Shown here one piece after another: positions 44,209 through 53,622 of a DNA stretch of 64,000 nucleotides (position 1 is the stretch's first letter; each line of letters starts with the position of its first letter). The position numbers were made by a program, and so were the translations under genes. This DNA is from an uncultured beta proteobacterium. GTDB taxonomy: Bacteria; Pseudomonadota; Gammaproteobacteria; Burkholderiales; Rhodocyclaceae. The notes under the pieces were generated by a model that made no database searches, was not told the DNA's origin, and saw only the letters and a program-made list of their open reading frames with translations. The stretch covers positions 12,442 through 76,441 of the forward strand of contig CAWGHV010000032.1 of the NCBI GenBank assembly GCA_963822375.1, read 5' to 3'.

Positions 44209-47200
44209 CTACGAGGTGCCCAAGGTGAAGTAGAAAGTGGCGCCGTAGCCCAGCGTGCTGTCCGCCCACACTTCGCCCCCGTGCAGATGCACCACCCGCC
44301 AGGCGATCGCCAGCCCGATCCCGTTGCCGGGAAACTCGGCCGGCGAATGCAGACGGTGAAACGGCAGGAACAGTTTGTCCTTGTAGGTCATGTCGAAGCC
44401 GACGCCGTTGTCGCGAACGAAGTATACGGTTTGGCCGTCGCGCGCCTTGGTGCCGAATTCGATCTTGGCGAGCGGCTTCGGCGCGGTGAACTTGACCGCG
44501 TTGCCTAGCAGGTTGTCGAGCACCACACGCAACAGGCGCGGGTCGCCCTGGGCCGAGATATCGTGGGCAACGGTGATTTCGAGCTTGCGCTCCGGATATG
44601 CGCTCGAGATCTGGTCGCACACCTCGCGCGCCATAGCGCTCAGGTTCAGCGGCTCGACGTGCAATTCCGATCGCGTCAGACGCGACAGCTGCAGCAGATC
44701 GTCGATCAGCCGCGCCATATTTGTGCTGGCGTTGATGATGCGGCTCAGGTAGTCCTTGCCGTTGTCATCAAGCAGGCGGTCGTAATCCTCGCTCAGGGCG
44801 TGGGCGAATCCCGCGATACCGCGCAGCGGCGCCTTGAGATCATGCGAAACCGAGTAGGCGAACGCCTCCAGCTCGCGGTTCGAGGCGCTCAGCTTGACGG
44901 TGCACTCATTCAGTCGGCGTTCGAGATCCTGGCCGAGCTGGCGCAACTGGTTCTCCAGAAGAACCCGGCTGGTGATCGTGGTGTGAGTGACGACAGCCCC
45001 GCCGGCAGGCCAGCCGAGGCTCGATGCGGTGAGCAGAAACCAGCATTCCTCATCCCGAACACGGCAAGGATATTTCATGGCGAAGGTCTCGCGCTTGCCC
45101 GCCAGCAGTTGGGTGATGCCCGCGCGCGCGCGCGCCGCTTCTGCCGCCGGCATGCCGACGACCGTCTCGCATGCGTCGAGATAGTTGGAACCGAGCCAGT
45201 AGTTCGCCTCGCGTGGGGCACCATTGTCTCGGGCAGCCTGGCGCCACGGCTCGTTGACCAGGAAAATCTTCCCGTTCCGGTCGAGCACGGCGATATTCGC
45301 GCGCACCGAATCGAGGATCGCGTGGCTCAGCTCTTCGCTCTCGCGCAGCATCTCTTGCGCCCTGACGCGGGCGGAGATCTCGGTTGCGATTGTGCACACC
45401 GCATCGATTTCGCCGTTTTCGTCGGCGAGCGGAAAGCGCACGGCGAGGAAATGGTGTTCACCGTCGTTAAGGATCACCGTATCCTGGGATTCGGTGGGAT
45501 CGGATGATCGCAGCGCGGCAAGGTCGCGCTCGCGAAACAGGTTGGCGATGGGTGGCGCCAGCACTTGCTGTTCGGATTTACCGGTCACCGCGTCGGGATC
45601 GATCCCGAACACCTCGCCGAAGGCGGTGTTGGCGAACTCGTAGTGCCCCTTCAGGTCTTTCACCGTCACCAGCGCCGCCCGGTTGTTCATCATCGCCAGC
45701 AGGCGCATGCGGCTGCGCCGCAGACTGCGCTGCGCCTCGACCAGCTGAGTGGTGTCCACCAGGCTCAATATCGCGCCCGAGGCGGCATGCGCCAACAACC
45801 GGCAGGGTGTGACGCGCAGGCTGTAGTGGCTGCCGCGATGCTCGATCTGCTCTTCCAGCGGATGGTTGATATCGAGCACGCGCGCGATCTTGCCGGGCAA
45901 TTCGGCGATGCCGTAAGGCACGAAGATCTCGCTCGTGACGGAGCCGACCGAACTCGCCGTGAGCTTGAATAGCTTGCCCGCCGGTTCGTTGTAGCGCGTG
46001 ATACGGTTGCGCTCGTCCACGACGATGAGCGGATAGGGCACGCTGTTTTGGATATTTTCCAGGTCGGTGTTGGTTTCGGTCAGTTCGTTGGCCTTGACCT
46101 GCAGCTCGTCGTTTACCGTGGTCAGCTCTTCATTGGTGGATTGCAGTTCTTCGTTCGAGGTTTCCAGCTCTTCGTTGGTCGATTGCAGTTCCTCGTTGGC
46201 TGCCTGCAGCTCCTCGTTGAGCGCCTGCATCTCCTCGTTCGAGGTTTCCAGCTCCTCGATCACGGTTTGCAGGTGCTCGCGCGTTGAACAGCAGTTCGTC
46301 CTGCAATTCCTTGATCGCCACGTTCGACATGTCCACCGTGGCGTCTGCACCCTCTGCGCGGGGCCCGACCGAGACGGTGGACACCGACTCGAAGCACACC
46401 AGGAAGCGATCGGCCCCGCTTTCGCCGACGATCGGGTGAACCGCCAAGCGAACCGCCTTGTCTTCGTTCTGGGTCTTGTGCTCGCGCGGGCGTCCGAACG
46501 CCGGCTGCTTTTTTTGACGTGCGTTGTGCAAGAGCGACTGAACTTCGACGCGCCAGCTCTTCTTCACAGTATCCAGCAGATTCAGGCTCGGCCTGCCGCT
46601 CGGAAACTCGAGGAACGAGGTCGTATCGCCATGAGTGTGGAGGATCTCGATGTCGGAATTGACCAGTACGCTCGCCGGGACGTACAGGCGCGCCGCCGAG
46701 TCGAGCAGGGTTTCCTGGGCCGAGCGAGTGCGTTCCGGATGGCGCGAATCGTTGGCGGCGAGTGGCAGCGTGTTGTTGGCGAACGCCGGGGGCTTGGACA
46801 GGGTGCCGTAGCGGCGGAAGACCTTGGCCGAGCGATTAACCAGCTCGAACTTGTCGGGGTGGCTGCTGATGCTTTCGGATTTGCCCAGGAATAGGTAGCC
46901 GCTCGGGCTCAGGGCGTAGTGAAAGATCGGCAGCACGCTGTTCTGCAGCGATGGCTGGAAATAAATCAGCACGTTGCGGCAGCTAATCAAATCCAGGCGC
47001 AGGAACGGCGGATCCTGAATCAAGTCCTGGCGCGCGAACACCATGCGTTCGCGCAGTCGCTTGGCGACTTCGTAGCCGTCGCCCACCGGGGTGAAGTAGC
47101 GCTGCACCAGCCGCGGCTCGACCTCGGCCAGAGCCGCCTGAGTGTAGATTCCACGGCGCGCGATCGCCATCGCGTCGGTGTCGATGTCGGTGGCGAAGAT

Positions 47201-48310
47201 CTGCAGGCGGATGGTGGCCAAGTCGTCCTTCAACGCCTCGGCGAACAGTATGGCGATAGAATAGGCTTCCTCGCCGGTGGCGCAGCCTGCCACCCAGACG
47301 CGGATTTCGTCCCCGGGGCGCTTCTTCTTGGCGATTTCGGCGATGATCTCCGACAAGACGAGGAAGGCCTCGGCGTCGCGGAAGAAGGCCGTGACCGAAA
47401 TGAGGATGTCCTTGCACAGCCGATCCATTTCCTCTGGGTCGTGCGTGAGGAACTTGAAATAGTCGTCGAGGGTATTGAGCCGGTTGGCTAGCATGCGCCG
47501 CTCGATGCGCCGCCACAGCGTGGTCTCCTTGTACCCGGTGAAGTCGACCTTGGTGCGCTGGCGCACCTTGAGCAGCAGCTTCTTCAGCGTTGCCGGCGCC
47601 TTGTCCTGATCGTCCAGTGTAGCGGTGACGCCGCGTGAGCGGACCAGCAAGGCGATTTCCTCGGCGATCTGCGCCGGCGTCAGCACCCAGTCCACGTTGC
47701 CGGTATCGATCGCCGCCTGCGGCATACCGTTGTACTTGGCCGAGCCGGGCTCTTGCGCCATGGTGAAGCCGCCCGCAGCCTTGATCGCGCGGATACCGGC
47801 GGCACCATCGGTGCCGGTGCCGGAAAGAATGACGCCGATGGCATCCTCGCCGATGCTCTCCGACAGCGAGCTGAAGAACATATTGACCGACGGCCGCGGC
47901 GACACGCCCGCCTTCGGTGTCGCCAAATGCAGGCGGCCGTCCTTCAGGATGACATTGGCGTTGGCCGGCGTGATGTAGACCGTGTTCGGTTCCGGCGGGG
48001 CGTCGTCGGCGACCTCGCGCACCGCCATGCTGGTCTCGCGCTCGATGAGCTGCACCAGCAGGCTGCGATGGGTCGGCGAAAGATGCTGCGCGATGACGAA
48101 AGGAACGCCGAGGTCGGCGGGGAGGTTGGACACGAGCTGGGTCAGCGCCTCCAACCCGCCCGCAGAAGATCCGATGCCGACGACGAAATTTCGCTCGGCC
48201 AGGCTGATGGAATCCCCGCGCTCGGGCGCCGCATCGGCAACCGACGCGGCCTTGGCGCGAGACGGCAATTTCCTTGCCTTTGCTGATCGACGCTTGGTTG
48301 GCTGATCCAT
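44209..48310 (-). pseudogene. CheB methylesterase - CheR methyltransferase - coiled coil - PAS x3 - HisKA/HATPase hybrid sensor (about 1360 aa), one frameshift near 46287 as assembled
   Basis: The CheB part shows VVGIGSSAGGLEAL and ILSGTGTDGAAGIRAIKAAGGFTMAQEP. The CheR part shows FFRDAEAF, IRVWVAGCATGEEAYSIAI and CRNVLIYF. The heptad stretch is [44 protein letters not shown]. The kinase part shows FAYSVSHDLKAPLR, DNLLGNAVKF, DNGVGF and GNGIGLAI. No adjacent response regulator was seen. Confidence 0.88.
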
Positions 48311-48586
48311 GTTTCCCTCTTACGCGAGTCCTGGGGTAGAGGAAACGGCCTGGGAGTTCAAACCTACAAGTATACATTGTGGCAGCCACCTGGCGGGAGG
48401 TACGTGCGGGCCTGCAGCAAGGCGCCAACGCGACTCGGGCAGGAGCGGATGACACACAGAAATCGGCGGCGCGGCTCGGCCCGCGATCCGGTCCGTGGAG
48501 AGCGAGGTAACGCTATGCGCGGACCCTGATGCCGGGCACGGCGGCGTGGGCTAAGATGTAGTGCGCAGCCGGCAGGAGGACCACGC

Positions 48587-49363
48587 ATGGGGATACGGCA
48601 GCTTCTCGAACTGGATGGGTGCGTCGCGATTGTCACCGGCGGATCGCGCGGGCTCGGCCTGCAGCTCGCCGAGGCGCTGGGCGAGATGGGGGCTCGGCTT
48701 GCGCTGGTGGCGCGCAAGGGCGCGGAGCTGGAGCAGGCGCGGGCGCATTTGGGCACGCTCGGCATCGCGGCGGAGACATTTCCCTGCGACTTGACGGCGC
48801 CGGCGCAAACTGCCGATCTGGTGGGCCGCGTGCTGCGGAGTTTCGAGCGCATCGACATCCTCGTGAACAACGCCGGCACGAGCTGGGGAGCAGCGGCGGA
48901 AAGCCATCCGCTCGACGCCTGGCAGCGTGTGATCGACACCAACCTAACCGCTGTGTTCGTCCTTACCCGGGAAGTGGCCGAGCGCAGCATGATTCCGCGT
49001 CACGATGGCCGCATCATCAATATCGCCTCGATCACCGGTCAGCGTGGGATGCCGGTGGAAGTTCTGCGATCCATCGCCTACAACACGAGCAAGGGCGGGA
49101 TCGTCAGTTTCACGCGCTCGTTGGCGACGGAATGGGGACAGTACGGCATTACGGTGAACTCGATCGCGCCGGGCTTCTTCAGCACCAAGATGAGCAAGGC
49201 GGTGATTCACCATGCCCGCGATACGATAGTCCGTGCCATACCGCTCGGTCGTCTGGGCGGGGAGGACGATCTCAAAGGTGTGGTGGTCTTGCTGGCCTCC
49301 GCGGCCGGCAAGTACATCAGCGGTCAGATCATTGGCGTGGATGGCGGCATGTCGGCGCTTTGA
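48587..49363 (+). CDS. SDR family oxidoreductase (gluconate 5-dehydrogenase/FabG-like)
   Basis: AIVTGGSRGLGLQLAEAL, ILVNNAG and YNTSKGGIVSFTRSLATEW (the YxxxK motif) are present. Confidence 0.85.
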   Translation: MGIRQLLELDGCVAIVTGGSRGLGLQLAEALGEMGARLALVARKGAELEQARAHLGTLGIAAETFPCDLTAPAQTADLVGRVLRSFERIDILVNNAGTSWGAAAESHPLDAWQRVIDTNLTAVFVLTREVAERSMIPRHDGRIINIASITGQRGMPVEVLRSIAYNTSKGGIVSFTRSLATEWGQYGITVNSIAPGFFSTKMSKAVIHHARDTIVRAIPLGRLGGEDDLKGVVVLLASAAGKYISGQIIGVDGGMSAL

Positions 49364-49430
49364 CCGTTGCGTCTGCGCCACGGCCGGGGCGACACGAGCG
49401 GATCCGCGGCTGAGTTCCCCACGCTATCGT

Positions 49431-50036
49431 TCAGCGAGCTTCCGCCGGTGCCGGCATAGGTATGAAGCCGCACAACGATTCCAACGCGCCACGCTCTATG
49501 CGGCCGATCGACACCTGGGTTCCGCACAAGGATAGAAACAGGCCACCTTCGGCCGGCGCTTCTGCGCTTCCGGCCAGCCGCTCTAGGGCGTCGTCTGCTG
49601 CGAGGCTACCGGTGGCGTTGGTCACTCGACGAAGCACCGCGGCGAGGTCGCGGTCCAGCACCACGCCGCAGCCGTGTTCGGAGCGCAGGATCAGGCAACC
49701 CTCGCTGTCTAGCCATGCTTCACGCAACAATGTGACGCGCGCCCCGGTGTGGGTTGCCAGTGCATCATGAGCGTCGCCGCACAGGCTATAGACGAACGGT
49801 GTCTTTTCCAGTTCGACATACACGCGCTGCGGGCCGTTTTGAAAGAACCATGCGCCGCGCTCGTCGACCGCGTAGTTGCGGTCGATGAACTCGACGAGGC
49901 CGCGGTGGGTGATGCGCTCGCACCGTGCGTTGCGGGCGCCGATATACCATTCGCCGCGTGCGGAAAGGTATAGCCACCCATAGCAGTCCGGGACATCGGG
50001 CCACTTGGCGAGCGCGCGCAGAACCTCGGCATCCAT
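49431..50036 (-). CDS. conserved hypothetical protein (possibly DUF1285-like)
   Basis: MDAEVLRALAKWPDVPDCYGWLYLSARGEWYIG..ERITHRGLVEFIDRNYAVDERGAWFFQNGPQRVYVELEKTPFV. The family guess is from memory only. Confidence 0.55.
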   Translation of the reverse strand: MDAEVLRALAKWPDVPDCYGWLYLSARGEWYIGARNARCERITHRGLVEFIDRNYAVDERGAWFFQNGPQRVYVELEKTPFVYSLCGDAHDALATHTGARVTLLREAWLDSEGCLILRSEHGCGVVLDRDLAAVLRRVTNATGSLAADDALERLAGSAEAPAEGGLFLSLCGTQVSIGRIERGALESLCGFIPMPAPAEAR

Positions 50037-50113
50037 GGCTGGTTCAGGCGCTCGCCGCGCGTTGCGGCGATCATTTAACATGCAGGCGCCAACACAGCAG
50101 GGAGGAAGCCACC

Positions 50114-50548
50114 ATGTATCGGCGAGTGCTCTTGGCATACGACGGCTCTGAAAGCGGGCGCGCGGGATTGCTCGAGTGCGCCGACATAAACCATCTGCTC
50201 AATGCGGAAATCCATCTGCTCGCTGTCGCGCCACTAATGGCGGGGCTCTATATTACCGAGGGTTTCGTTCCGGATACGCTGCAAGAGGAGGAAAATCGAC
50301 ACTACCGCGCCGTGCTCGACGAAGGACTTAGCCTCCTGGCGCAAAGAGGTATGCAGGCGGAAGGGCATCTTGTCACCGGGGAGCCAGTGGACGAAATCTG
50401 CCGCCTCGCGGCCGACCTCGGGTGCGACTTGATCGTGGTGGGCCATCATCGCCACCAGTCGCTGCTGTCGCGATGGTGGAAAGGTTCGATCGGCGCTTCG
50501 CTCATCCAAGAGGCGCCCTGCAGCGTGTTGATCGGTATCGCGCGTTAG
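50114..50548 (+). CDS. universal stress protein (UspA family)
   Basis: MYRRVLLAYDGSESGRAGL..PVDEICRLAADLGCDLIVVGHHRHQSLLSRWWKGSIGASLIQEAPCSVLI. Confidence 0.88.
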   Translation: MYRRVLLAYDGSESGRAGLLECADINHLLNAEIHLLAVAPLMAGLYITEGFVPDTLQEEENRHYRAVLDEGLSLLAQRGMQAEGHLVTGEPVDEICRLAADLGCDLIVVGHHRHQSLLSRWWKGSIGASLIQEAPCSVLIGIAR

Positions 50549-50996
50549 GCTTCCCGACGGATCTCTCGGCACAGCCAGAGTCGGCTTGCCCCGCCCCGGG
50601 CGTGCCGATTCTTGAGGCGACGAGACCGAGCCGGCATCAAATTTTCTTTTTCGTTAGAAAAATGTTTTTGTGCTGCATGGGGGTTTGCCGCTATGCAGCA
50701 TCTTGCTCTTGGGAGGATATGAATCTATTATCAAATTTAGGCCTTTAATGATCCGTAGCGTCGCTTTGTGGTGCGGGATTGACCTGGGTGCGTCTTTTGC
50801 GCTTTGAATCTTTGCAGCGCGAAGAGGTGTGCCAGCGAGCAGCATATCGGGGTGAACAACGGAGCATGGCCTGGCGGATTCTAGCGTCGCGACGAATAGA
50901 GGCTGTTTGTCAAAACCACTGCAATATCAGAATGTTGAACTGGTTTATTCGCGCGATGGTTGGCAACTGAACTTCAAGTTACGGAGAGAAAAGAAA

Positions 50997-52484
50997 ATGT
51001 ATGCGCTCTTAAATGATCTACCTGAGTTCGGAACAAATTGGGGTCGGTATGTCGTGGCAATGGCCCGGGCCACCAACCGAGAAGTAGGCGAGATGAGTGA
51101 AAACCTCCTCATAGCCTCACAGATCGCTCTCCAAGGCGCGAAGGAAAACCCGGCCAGTCTGGTGCAGATGTCTGAGATCCTTCAGCACAATATGTCGTTG
51201 ATGAATAAAGGCTTATCGGGTGCTCAGGCGAAGTTGACCGATTTCGGCTTTGATCAAGCGCAAGAGGGACTTAGGGCGCTGATTAATACCGTTTATGATG
51301 GGGAGGGCGAAAAGCTCTCAGGCTTCATGCGCCGCGAGGCGGAAGTCATGGAAGCAGTGGCAAACTTCAACGAACAGATCGAAAAGATCAAAGACGAGTT
51401 CGGATTCCACTTCAACACGCCGAACTACAAGCTGGTTCAAGAGACCGACTCGTTTTTGCTCTACCAGGTGCTGCCGCTCAAGAAAGGTGTCAAGGTGCGT
51501 GAGGATCTGAAGCCGATGATCCTGGTGCCGCCATACATGCTGGGCGTGCACATCCTTTCGTTCTTGCCCTACGACGACAAGAGCTACGCGCACTCCTATG
51601 CCAACGAGGGGATTCCCACCTACGTCCGCGTTGTCAAGAACATCTTCGATGAACCCAAGGTGCAGACGATGACACCGGAGGATGATTGCGATCAGACCTT
51701 CGAACTGTGCGCCAAGGTGAAGGCGCTGAATGGTGGCCAGAAAGTCACTCTAAATGGCACGTGTCAGGGCGGCTATATCTGCCTGATGAACATCTTGTCG
51801 GACAAACTGCGGGACGTCTGCGATGCCCTGATCACCAACGTGACGCCGGTCGACGGCACGTACAGCGATGCCATCAGCGGCATGCCGACAATGCATCACG
51901 ACTTCATCACGACCACGCTGCCCAGTGGCAACAAAGTCGCGAACGGTTACCTCCTAAGCCTCGGCATGCGCTTCGTAGCGATCGACCGTGAGACGCCGCT
52001 GGTCAAAGTGCTGGATCAGGCATCGCTGCATAGAGCAACGGATCTGAACCCGGGCAAGACACCGGCGGCGCTGTTCCGCTGGCTGACCAAGGAGCGGGTG
52101 CATCTGCCGCTGGCGATCGCCAATATGAGTTCGCACACGTTCCAGGAGCCCATTGCCGAAGACGGCACCTTGCCGGTACCCTTATACGGCAAGCCGCTCA
52201 ACATCAAGCACTTGATGGACTTGGGGATGCCGTGGTACCAGAACTACGCGATCAAGGACGATCTGGTAACCCCCGCGTGCGCGACAGCGGGGAACAAGCA
52301 TCTCGAGGGCTGGAATCAGCTCGAGTCGGTCGCGTTCTTCGGTGGCCACGTCGCGGTTCTCACCAGCCCCTATGCGAAGAAGGCGCCAGTTAACGGCGAA
52401 TTCACGGATGCCCTGGGCAACAAATCGCGTGGCCCAGTGAAGTTCCAGCTCGACATATCGGCCCCGAAACGCGCGAAAGCGTAA
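50997..52484 (+). CDS. divergent PhaC-type PHA synthase-like alpha/beta hydrolase with an N-terminal helical extension (495 aa)
   Basis: It is colinear with the class III PhaC in this window: KPMILVPPYMLGVHILSF vs TPLLIVPPLINGYEVADL. The lipase box is LNGTCQGGY (Cys codon 51762-51764) vs LLGICQGGT. The Asp region is AIKDDLVTP vs AEKDHIVPP, and the His region is FFGGHVAVL vs KTGHIGIY. GGAGAG lies 8 nt upstream of ATG 50997. The gene has its own terminator and is more A/T-rich than its surroundings. Confidence 0.7.
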   Translation: MYALLNDLPEFGTNWGRYVVAMARATNREVGEMSENLLIASQIALQGAKENPASLVQMSEILQHNMSLMNKGLSGAQAKLTDFGFDQAQEGLRALINTVYDGEGEKLSGFMRREAEVMEAVANFNEQIEKIKDEFGFHFNTPNYKLVQETDSFLLYQVLPLKKGVKVREDLKPMILVPPYMLGVHILSFLPYDDKSYAHSYANEGIPTYVRVVKNIFDEPKVQTMTPEDDCDQTFELCAKVKALNGGQKVTLNGTCQGGYICLMNILSDKLRDVCDALITNVTPVDGTYSDAISGMPTMHHDFITTTLPSGNKVANGYLLSLGMRFVAIDRETPLVKVLDQASLHRATDLNPGKTPAALFRWLTKERVHLPLAIANMSSHTFQEPIAEDGTLPVPLYGKPLNIKHLMDLGMPWYQNYAIKDDLVTPACATAGNKHLEGWNQLESVAFFGGHVAVLTSPYAKKAPVNGEFTDALGNKSRGPVKFQLDISAPKRAKA

Positions 52485-52502
52485 AGCAAAGCAACGTTGC
52501 GC

Positions 52503-52529
52503 AGGGCGCCCGCGAGGCGCCCTTTTTTT
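52503..52529 (+). terminator. intrinsic terminator after the PhaC-like gene
   Basis: The stem is AGGGCGCC / GGCGCCCT with a 5-nt loop, followed by a T7 run. Confidence 0.85.
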
Positions 52530-52796
52530 CGTGCCCGCTAATCCTCCCCAGTGCCGACGGGAACTCCCGCGACGCCGGCTGATAGGGGAGTGCTTTGTAG
52601 TCGCACGCGCACCGCCCCGGCGCGCCGTGCGCGGCGCCGCGCACAAATTCCGCCGACCCGCTGCTTCGATGCGCGCGGTGGTATAGAATGCGCACGAATT
52701 CACGCTTTGTCGAGCTGGAGCGCCCATCTGGAGCCACCTGAGGGTGGGCGGCGGCCGAGTATCAATAGCTTAGGCACGATTCATTCAGGAGGAAAA

Positions 52797-53564
52797 ATGC
52801 AAGTTAAGGACAGCGTATTCATCGTTACCGGCAGCGGTTCCGGTCTGGGAGCAGAGACGGCCCGCCGGCTGGTGGCAGCGGGCGGCAAAGTAATTATCGT
52901 CGATGTCGCGAAGGATGCCGGCGAGGCCACCGCGGCGGAACTGGGGCCCAACGCCAAGTTCGTCACCACCGACGTCACCGATGCGGCGAGCGGGAAAGCG
53001 GCGGTCGATGCGGCGGTCAGCACGTTCGGCGGGCTGCACGGGCTGGTCAACTGTGCCGGCGTCGCGCCGCCGAAGAAGGTCGTCGGCAGAGAAGGCGCGC
53101 ACGATCTCGAGACCTTCGTCCGCGTCGTCAATATCAATCTCAACGGCACGTTCAACATGATCCGCCTCGCCGCGGAAGTGATGAGCAAGAGCCAGCCGAA
53201 CGCCGAGGGCGAGCGCGGTGTCATCGTCAATACCGCTTCGGTAGCTGCGATCGACGGGCAGATCGGCCAAGCCGCCTATGCTTCGTCCAAGGCCGGGGTC
53301 ATTGGATTGACGTTACCTGTGGCACGCGAGTTGGCGGCCCATGGCATCCGCGTGGTTACCATCGCCCCCGGGATATTCGAAACGCCGATGCTGAAGGGCC
53401 TGCCGCCGGCGGCACAAGAAGCGCTGGGAAAGATGGTTCCGTTCCCCTCGCGCCTTGGGAGGCCGGCCGAATTTGCGGCTTTGGTGCAGCACATCGTCGA
53501 GAACGGCTATCTGAACGGCGAAGTCATCCGCCTGGATGGTGCGATCCGCATGGCGCCGAAGTGA
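52797..53564 (+). CDS. 3-hydroxyacyl-CoA dehydrogenase, SDR type II (HSD17B10-like, 3-hydroxy-2-methylbutyryl-CoA dehydrogenase family)
   Basis: [83 protein letters not shown] and the C-terminus [22 protein letters not shown] lies 5 nt upstream of the ATG. Confidence 0.8.
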   Translation: MQVKDSVFIVTGSGSGLGAETARRLVAAGGKVIIVDVAKDAGEATAAELGPNAKFVTTDVTDAASGKAAVDAAVSTFGGLHGLVNCAGVAPPKKVVGREGAHDLETFVRVVNINLNGTFNMIRLAAEVMSKSQPNAEGERGVIVNTASVAAIDGQIGQAAYASSKAGVIGLTLPVARELAAHGIRVVTIAPGIFETPMLKGLPPAAQEALGKMVPFPSRLGRPAEFAALVQHIVENGYLNGEVIRLDGAIRMAPK

Positions 53565-53622
53565 GGCGACGCGGCGGCGGCATGCGATTTGTTCGAGTTC
53601 GAAGGGTTTATTCGAGGAGCTT

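Noticed and set aside
46048-46290. Periodic DNA repeats: 21-bp periodicity here and 24-bp periodicity at 2716-3075. I considered them as possible CRISPR arrays or tandem-repeat loci.
   Set aside because: Both are imperfect coding repeats, one a heptad coiled coil and the other an octapeptide repeat, inside open reading frames. They have no repeat-spacer organisation and no cas genes nearby.
50907-50996. An upstream TTG start giving a 525-aa version of the PhaC-like protein (MSKPLQYQNVELVYSRDGWQ..).
   Set aside because: There is no RBS and the A/T-rich codons are unlike the rest of the gene. ATG 50997 is preceded by GGAGAG at a good distance. I kept the 495-aa model, but the start remains unverified.
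52485-52796. The 312-bp spacer between the PhaC-like gene and the HSD10-type gene, with several listed ORFs on both strands (for example 52402..52737 and 52182..52727).
   Set aside because: The ORFs are Arg/Ala/Gly-rich with no motifs and they span a strong terminator. The region more likely holds the promoter of the downstream operon, with a TATAGAAT-like box around 52683-52690. I could not support a specific feature call.
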